From Euryarchaeota archaeon UBA202 (GTDB taxonomy: Archaea; Thermoplasmatota; E2; UBA202), in the NCBI GenBank assembly GCA_002502685.1, contig DAQA01000013.1, forward strand, positions 2,202 through 66,201: a stretch of DNA of 64,000 bases, read 5' to 3'. The position numbers and the translations under genes are program-made. Positions 60,109-64,000 of this stretch are shown here, one piece after another. Numbering within the stretch: position 1 is the first letter of the stretch; the number at the start of each line of letters is the position of its first letter. A model generated the notes under the pieces. The model did not search any database. It saw only the letters and a program-made list of their open reading frames with translations, and was not told the DNA's origin.

Positions 60109-62244
60109 ATGATGAATGTCGAGAGGCTGCCCATTAAAAATGAGATCATACAGATACTACAGCAACAGGGAATCCAAACCCTGTATCCCCCGCAAGCAGA
60201 AGCGCTTCCTCGTGCCCTTAATGGAGAAAACATTGTGGTGGCAGTGCCAACTGCTGCGGGTAAAAGCCTTGTGGCCTATTTGCCCATCATCCAAGAGGCC
60301 TTTCTACATAAAAAAAAATCCCTATATATTGTACCCCTGAGAGCCTTGGCTCGTGAAAAATGGGAGGATCTTCAACCCTTTAAAAAACTGGGGATAAAAA
60401 TTGGGATTGCGACAGGTGACCTTGATGAAAAAGCATCATATCTGGCAAAAAATGATATTATTGTATGTACCTCAGAAAAAGCCGATTCATTATTACGACA
60501 TCAGGCTAACTGGCTTAACGATATCGCAGTCCTAGTTGCCGATGAAATACATCTCATCAATGATATCTCTCGAGGACCAACTCTTGAGATGATTATTGCA
60601 CGGTTTCGCGCCATGAATCCAGATATCCAAATAATTGCTCTTTCAGCAACCATTAAAAATGCTCAGGAGATCGCCCGCTGGCTGGATTCGATTCTAATTG
60701 AGTCAAAGTGGCGACCCGTGCCATTAAAAGAGGGTATATATCATAAAAATAAAATCTATTATGGCATTGATGACGTAAAAACCGTTAGTGCAAGTTCACC
60801 AGGAAAGATAGCGCCATTGATCATAGAAACCATTAAGGAAGGGGGCCAAGCATTAATCTTTGTTAATACAAGAAGGGCTACAGAAAAAATAGGAGAGACT
60901 CTAGGGGGGGATATTGGCTCTATTATTCAGCATAATAAACTAGAAAAGATTAGTCAAACTCTTCGTCAGGCAGAGGGCACCATAATGGGGAAAAAGCTTA
61001 TAGGATGCATTAAAAAAGGTGTTGCTTTTCATCATGCAGGACTTAGTGAACAGCAACGCAGAACCGTAGAACAATCCTTTAAAGCGGGTGATATAAAATG
61101 TATTGTCGCTACGCCCACCTTGGCCGCGGGGGTTAACGTACCCGCCCGTCGGGTGATTATCCGTGATTTATGGAGATATGCGTCCGAATTTGGAGGGATG
61201 GCACCCATCCCTGTATTGGAAATTAAACAAATGATGGGAAGAGCAGGACGACCGGGGTATGATAAGGAGGGAGAGGCCATCCTCATTGCAAAAAACAAGG
61301 GGGAAATTGAACGCTTGTGGACCCAATACATCATAGCAGAGGTAGAACCAATTTATTCTAAACTTGGAAGTGAACCTGCCCTGCGAATGCATCTTCTTGC
61401 CCTGATTGCCACAAACTTTGTTTCTAATATTGAAGAATTATATCAATTTATGGCGGGTACATTTTTTGTCTATCAGTCAGGCTCTTTTCCCACAGAGAAA
61501 ATACAAGAGATACTCCAATTTTTAGAGGAAAATGATTTTATCGCCATTGACGGTAACTATTTAAAAGCCACCACTTTTGGCAGAAAAACATCCGATTTAT
61601 ATATAGATCCTCTCTCTGCTCTAAAATTACGGACCGCTCTGGAATCTAGAATTAAACCCACTATTTTTTCCTTTTTGCATGCCATATGTACCACTCCGGA
61701 TATGATAGGTCTATATCTCCGAAGTAAGGATAGTAACTGGATAATGGAAAAAGCTGAAAAAGAAAAATTCCTTTTTGAAGATGGGTTTTATTCAACATTA
61801 ATGAATGAATGGTTCCTATCAGAAATCAAAACAGCATCATTACTAGAAGATTGGATAAATGAGGCAACAGAGGACCAGATTGTCATGAAGTACAATGTTG
61901 GACCAGGAGATATTCATAATAAAATAGAAACTGCCACCTGGCTTATACACGCCATGAGGGAACTTGCACGAATGTTTAATTTTGAGGTTGTTTCCCCTCT
62001 AGATAAACTCCTCATCAGGGTAAAAAATGGATGTAAAGAAGAACTACTCAACTTAATACAATTACGGGATATTGGAAGAGTGCGGAGCAGAGCATTATAC
62101 AAAGCAGGATTTAAGACTATCAACCAACTGAGAGATATAAATATTAAAACTCTCTCCAAGATTCCAACAATTGGGGAACGTGTTGCTAAAAGCATAAAAG
62201 AGCAACTTGGTGAAACAGATGGAACTCAAAATAATTTGCTGTAA
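60109..62244 (+). CDS. hel308: Ski2-like DNA helicase Hel308
   Basis: LYPPQ, PTAAGKS, DEIH, LSAT, FHHAGL, QMMGRAGRP and C-terminal HhH. Confidence 0.93.
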   Translation: MMNVERLPIKNEIIQILQQQGIQTLYPPQAEALPRALNGENIVVAVPTAAGKSLVAYLPIIQEAFLHKKKSLYIVPLRALAREKWEDLQPFKKLGIKIGIATGDLDEKASYLAKNDIIVCTSEKADSLLRHQANWLNDIAVLVADEIHLINDISRGPTLEMIIARFRAMNPDIQIIALSATIKNAQEIARWLDSILIESKWRPVPLKEGIYHKNKIYYGIDDVKTVSASSPGKIAPLIIETIKEGGQALIFVNTRRATEKIGETLGGDIGSIIQHNKLEKISQTLRQAEGTIMGKKLIGCIKKGVAFHHAGLSEQQRRTVEQSFKAGDIKCIVATPTLAAGVNVPARRVIIRDLWRYASEFGGMAPIPVLEIKQMMGRAGRPGYDKEGEAILIAKNKGEIERLWTQYIIAEVEPIYSKLGSEPALRMHLLALIATNFVSNIEELYQFMAGTFFVYQSGSFPTEKIQEILQFLEENDFIAIDGNYLKATTFGRKTSDLYIDPLSALKLRTALESRIKPTIFSFLHAICTTPDMIGLYLRSKDSNWIMEKAEKEKFLFEDGFYSTLMNEWFLSEIKTASLLEDWINEATEDQIVMKYNVGPGDIHNKIETATWLIHAMRELARMFNFEVVSPLDKLLIRVKNGCKEELLNLIQLRDIGRVRSRALYKAGFKTINQLRDINIKTLSKIPTIGERVAKSIKEQLGETDGTQNNLL

Positions 62245-62743
62245 AGGAAAAATCAATGACATAGAAAAAGCTCTAGGGATTACACAACAATATGAAAAAA
62301 AATACGGGGTAGCACTACTCTTATTAAATCCCCGTCTCGTTTATGGCAAAGATCATATTGAGTCAGCGGTAAAACATGCCATTCGAGCATTCCGGGAAAA
62401 AAGAAACACCAGTCATTCCCTGTCATTGGAGATACTTTTATATGCCTCAGGTAAAACACAACTAAAAGACGCCATTGAATTCATGGGAATAAAAAGAACA
62501 GGGCCGTACGCAATTATTTGTGTGGGCAAAACCAGAATAAGTGGTTCAGAAAATATGATACCTAAGGGAATTGACAAGTTAGTCACAGACCTTAAACTTG
62601 ATAGCGATAATTCCGTTCTTGATGGAAGCAAAGAGATACTGTATCGTTTTGGAATTACTGACACCGAATTAAAAACAGTAGATAAATCTATGTATCAGGA
62701 TTTAATTCTGGAAAGAGTGGCCATGGTTGATGTGTTTAAATAG
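62219..62743 (+). CDS. cgi121: KEOPS complex subunit Cgi121
   Basis: YGKDHI..A...A.RAF, LEILLYASG..Q...AI...G and LERVA; follows hel308. Confidence 0.88.
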   Translation: MELKIICCKGKINDIEKALGITQQYEKKYGVALLLLNPRLVYGKDHIESAVKHAIRAFREKRNTSHSLSLEILLYASGKTQLKDAIEFMGIKRTGPYAIICVGKTRISGSENMIPKGIDKLVTDLKLDSDNSVLDGSKEILYRFGITDTELKTVDKSMYQDLILERVAMVDVFK

Positions 62744-62816
62744 CCCGGATGGGGTAGTTTGGATATCCTAGAGCCCTGCGGAGGCTCAGACTCGGGTTCG
62801 AATCCCGATCCGGGCG
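62743..62816 (+). tRNA. tRNA-Arg(GCG)
   Basis: Acceptor stem GCCCGGA/TCCGGGC, anticodon arm GAGCC-CT GCG GA-GGCTC, T arm TCGGG-TTCGAAT-CCCGA; no encoded CCA; T-tract follows. Confidence 0.95.
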
Positions 62817-62855
62817 TTTTTTTACTAGTAAAAATTTATATACTTTCTCGATATA

Positions 62856-63458
62856 ATGGGTGTAATGACCATCGAGAGTTCAGGGGTAAAAAAAGAGCGA
62901 TTTACCAAGAAAGGAACCAAGAAAAATTACAAGACAGATACCATAGCCAAACGGGCAATCTACGTTTATTTACCTTCAATAGAGGAAATAGAAAAATGGA
63001 AAAACTTGGCGGAAAAATCAGGCCTCTCCATATCAAAATTTGTCGTCGAACATGTCGAAAATTCCCTGAGACAAGAAGAAGACGAAGACATCTATGGATC
63101 CCGAACAAGACTGATGAAAGAAATCCGGGGACTAAAAGATGAAAACATCGAACTACGGAAAAGAAACGAAATGCTGGAAAGAGTCATTGAAAAACTGGAT
63201 GAAGAAAACAAACGATACCGCATGGAGCCATTCCTAAACAATGATTTCAAAGGTATTCGTAAATATGAGGAAGGCTTAATAAAACTCTTCAAATCAAGGA
63301 CCACTGTCAAAAAAGAAGATATTTTTGAACTACTGGGAGTAAACCCCATGAAAAATGTGGATATCGCCAAGGGGATAACAAAGCAACTGGAAAATCTTGA
63401 ACGCTATGGCCTTATAGAGGATAAAGGGAGACTATGGAAATGGAAACCTCCAGCATGA
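62856..63458 (+). CDS. Element-encoded DNA-binding protein (RHH-like N-terminus, coiled coil, winged-helix-like C-terminus)
   Basis: RAIYVYLP...WKNLAEKSGLSISKFV..VE, heptad region, LENLERYGLIE...WKW; ATGA-coupled to the integrase. Confidence 0.7.
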   Translation: MGVMTIESSGVKKERFTKKGTKKNYKTDTIAKRAIYVYLPSIEEIEKWKNLAEKSGLSISKFVVEHVENSLRQEEDEDIYGSRTRLMKEIRGLKDENIELRKRNEMLERVIEKLDEENKRYRMEPFLNNDFKGIRKYEEGLIKLFKSRTTVKKEDIFELLGVNPMKNVDIAKGITKQLENLERYGLIEDKGRLWKWKPPA

Positions 63459-64000
63459 CCCTTGTGACAGATGACCAATTAATCCGACGGTTTCTTACAG
63501 ATTGCAAAATCAGGGGACTGACTGACAAAACCATCGAAGACTATAAGGGAAACGTCAAAATATTTCACCAATTCCTAGAAAAACAAGACAAAGACTTCCT
63601 TAACGCCACCAAGGATACCATCCGAGAATTTGTAAAATATTTGCGATTTGACAGAAAAGTTAGCCAACGGAGGATAAAAAACTATTTTTCTGGCTTATCA
63701 ACTTTCTATGAATTTCTCATCTATGAAGGACTAACGGAGACAAACAAGATTCTTCAGGTTAGAAAAAGATATCTTACAAGTTATAAAAAGGATAATGGAG
63801 GGAACCAAAGAAAACTCATCTCCATTGAAAGCATGGCACACTTCATCAATTCCATTATGGATTCAAGGGACAAAGCAACAGCCTTGCTTATGGCAAAGAC
63901 AGGAATCAGGCGAGGAGAACTCATAAGGATAAACGTGGATGATATAAATTGGCAGGATATGAGCATTACATTACAACCAGCCGCAAAGAGGAGTAACCGA
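63455..64000 (+). CDS. Tyrosine recombinase/integrase (XerC/D-like), truncated by the window end
   Basis: MTLVTDDQLIRRFLTDCKIRGLTDKTIEDY...LSTFYEFL...RDKATALLMAKTGIRRGELIRINVDDI (SAM-like domain and box I Arg). Confidence 0.9.
   Translation, partial: MTLVTDDQLIRRFLTDCKIRGLTDKTIEDYKGNVKIFHQFLEKQDKDFLNATKDTIREFVKYLRFDRKVSQRRIKNYFSGLSTFYEFLIYEGLTETNKILQVRKRYLTSYKKDNGGNQRKLISIESMAHFINSIMDSRDKATALLMAKTGIRRGELIRINVDDINWQDMSITLQPAAKRSNR

Larger units (their letters stand above)
62817..64000 (+). mobile_element. Left end of a putative integrated element at tRNA-Arg(GCG)
   Basis: Regulator and integrase genes lie immediately 3' of a tRNA. Confidence 0.65.

Noticed and set aside
8773..62743. Genome-wide TAG recoding (pyrrolysine code)
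   Set aside because: TAG is the natural terminator of several full-length genes here (M14 peptidase, rpoL, MEMO1, ferritin-like 47440, gdhA, cgi121). Only one internal TAG was found.
872..63966. Numerous 60-170 aa antisense or alternate-frame ORFs in the track (e.g. 3494-3955, 53333-53830, 62759-63142)
   Set aside because: They overlap well-supported genes or the tRNA and carry no recognisable motifs.
1..64000. CRISPR array, rRNA or IS transposase
   Set aside because: I saw no regularly spaced repeat-spacer units, rRNA-like segment or transposase motifs.

Overview
Archaeal chromosomal segment. The evidence is rpoL, csl4, fibrillarin, prefoldin, hel308-cgi121 and a CCA-less tRNA. Gene content and the style of the secreted proteins suggest an anaerobic, peptide-fermenting Thermoplasmatota member such as MBG-D/Thermoprofundales; this placement is inference. 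In order, the window holds: a 5'-truncated giant DUF11/DNRLRE surface glycoprotein; a secreted M14 peptidase; csl4-rpoL-truD; a tetraether-synthase-like relic before ferredoxin and geranylgeranyl reductase; a secreted papain-like peptidase; an OPT transporter-PqqD/RRE operon; a DUF134/DUF5320/Mrp/NifX/DUF89/COG1149 metal-cluster island; porGDAB; uvrA-C-B; an AOR-ThiF-ThiS operon; gdhA; an oxidative-stress, sulfur-relay and Isc cluster; and tRNA-Arg(GCG) followed by the start of an integrase-bearing element. Main unexplained signals: (1) a shared C-terminal domain on two unrelated secreted proteins, a candidate sorting or anchoring module; (2) a palindrome plus an identical 15-bp TATA element found at two distant promoters; (3) an RRE protein attached to a peptide transporter with no RiPP enzymes; (4) two small genes that seem to need non-AUG (AUC) starts; (5) several gene-decay scars. 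All family calls come from motif recognition by eye; no database searches were run.
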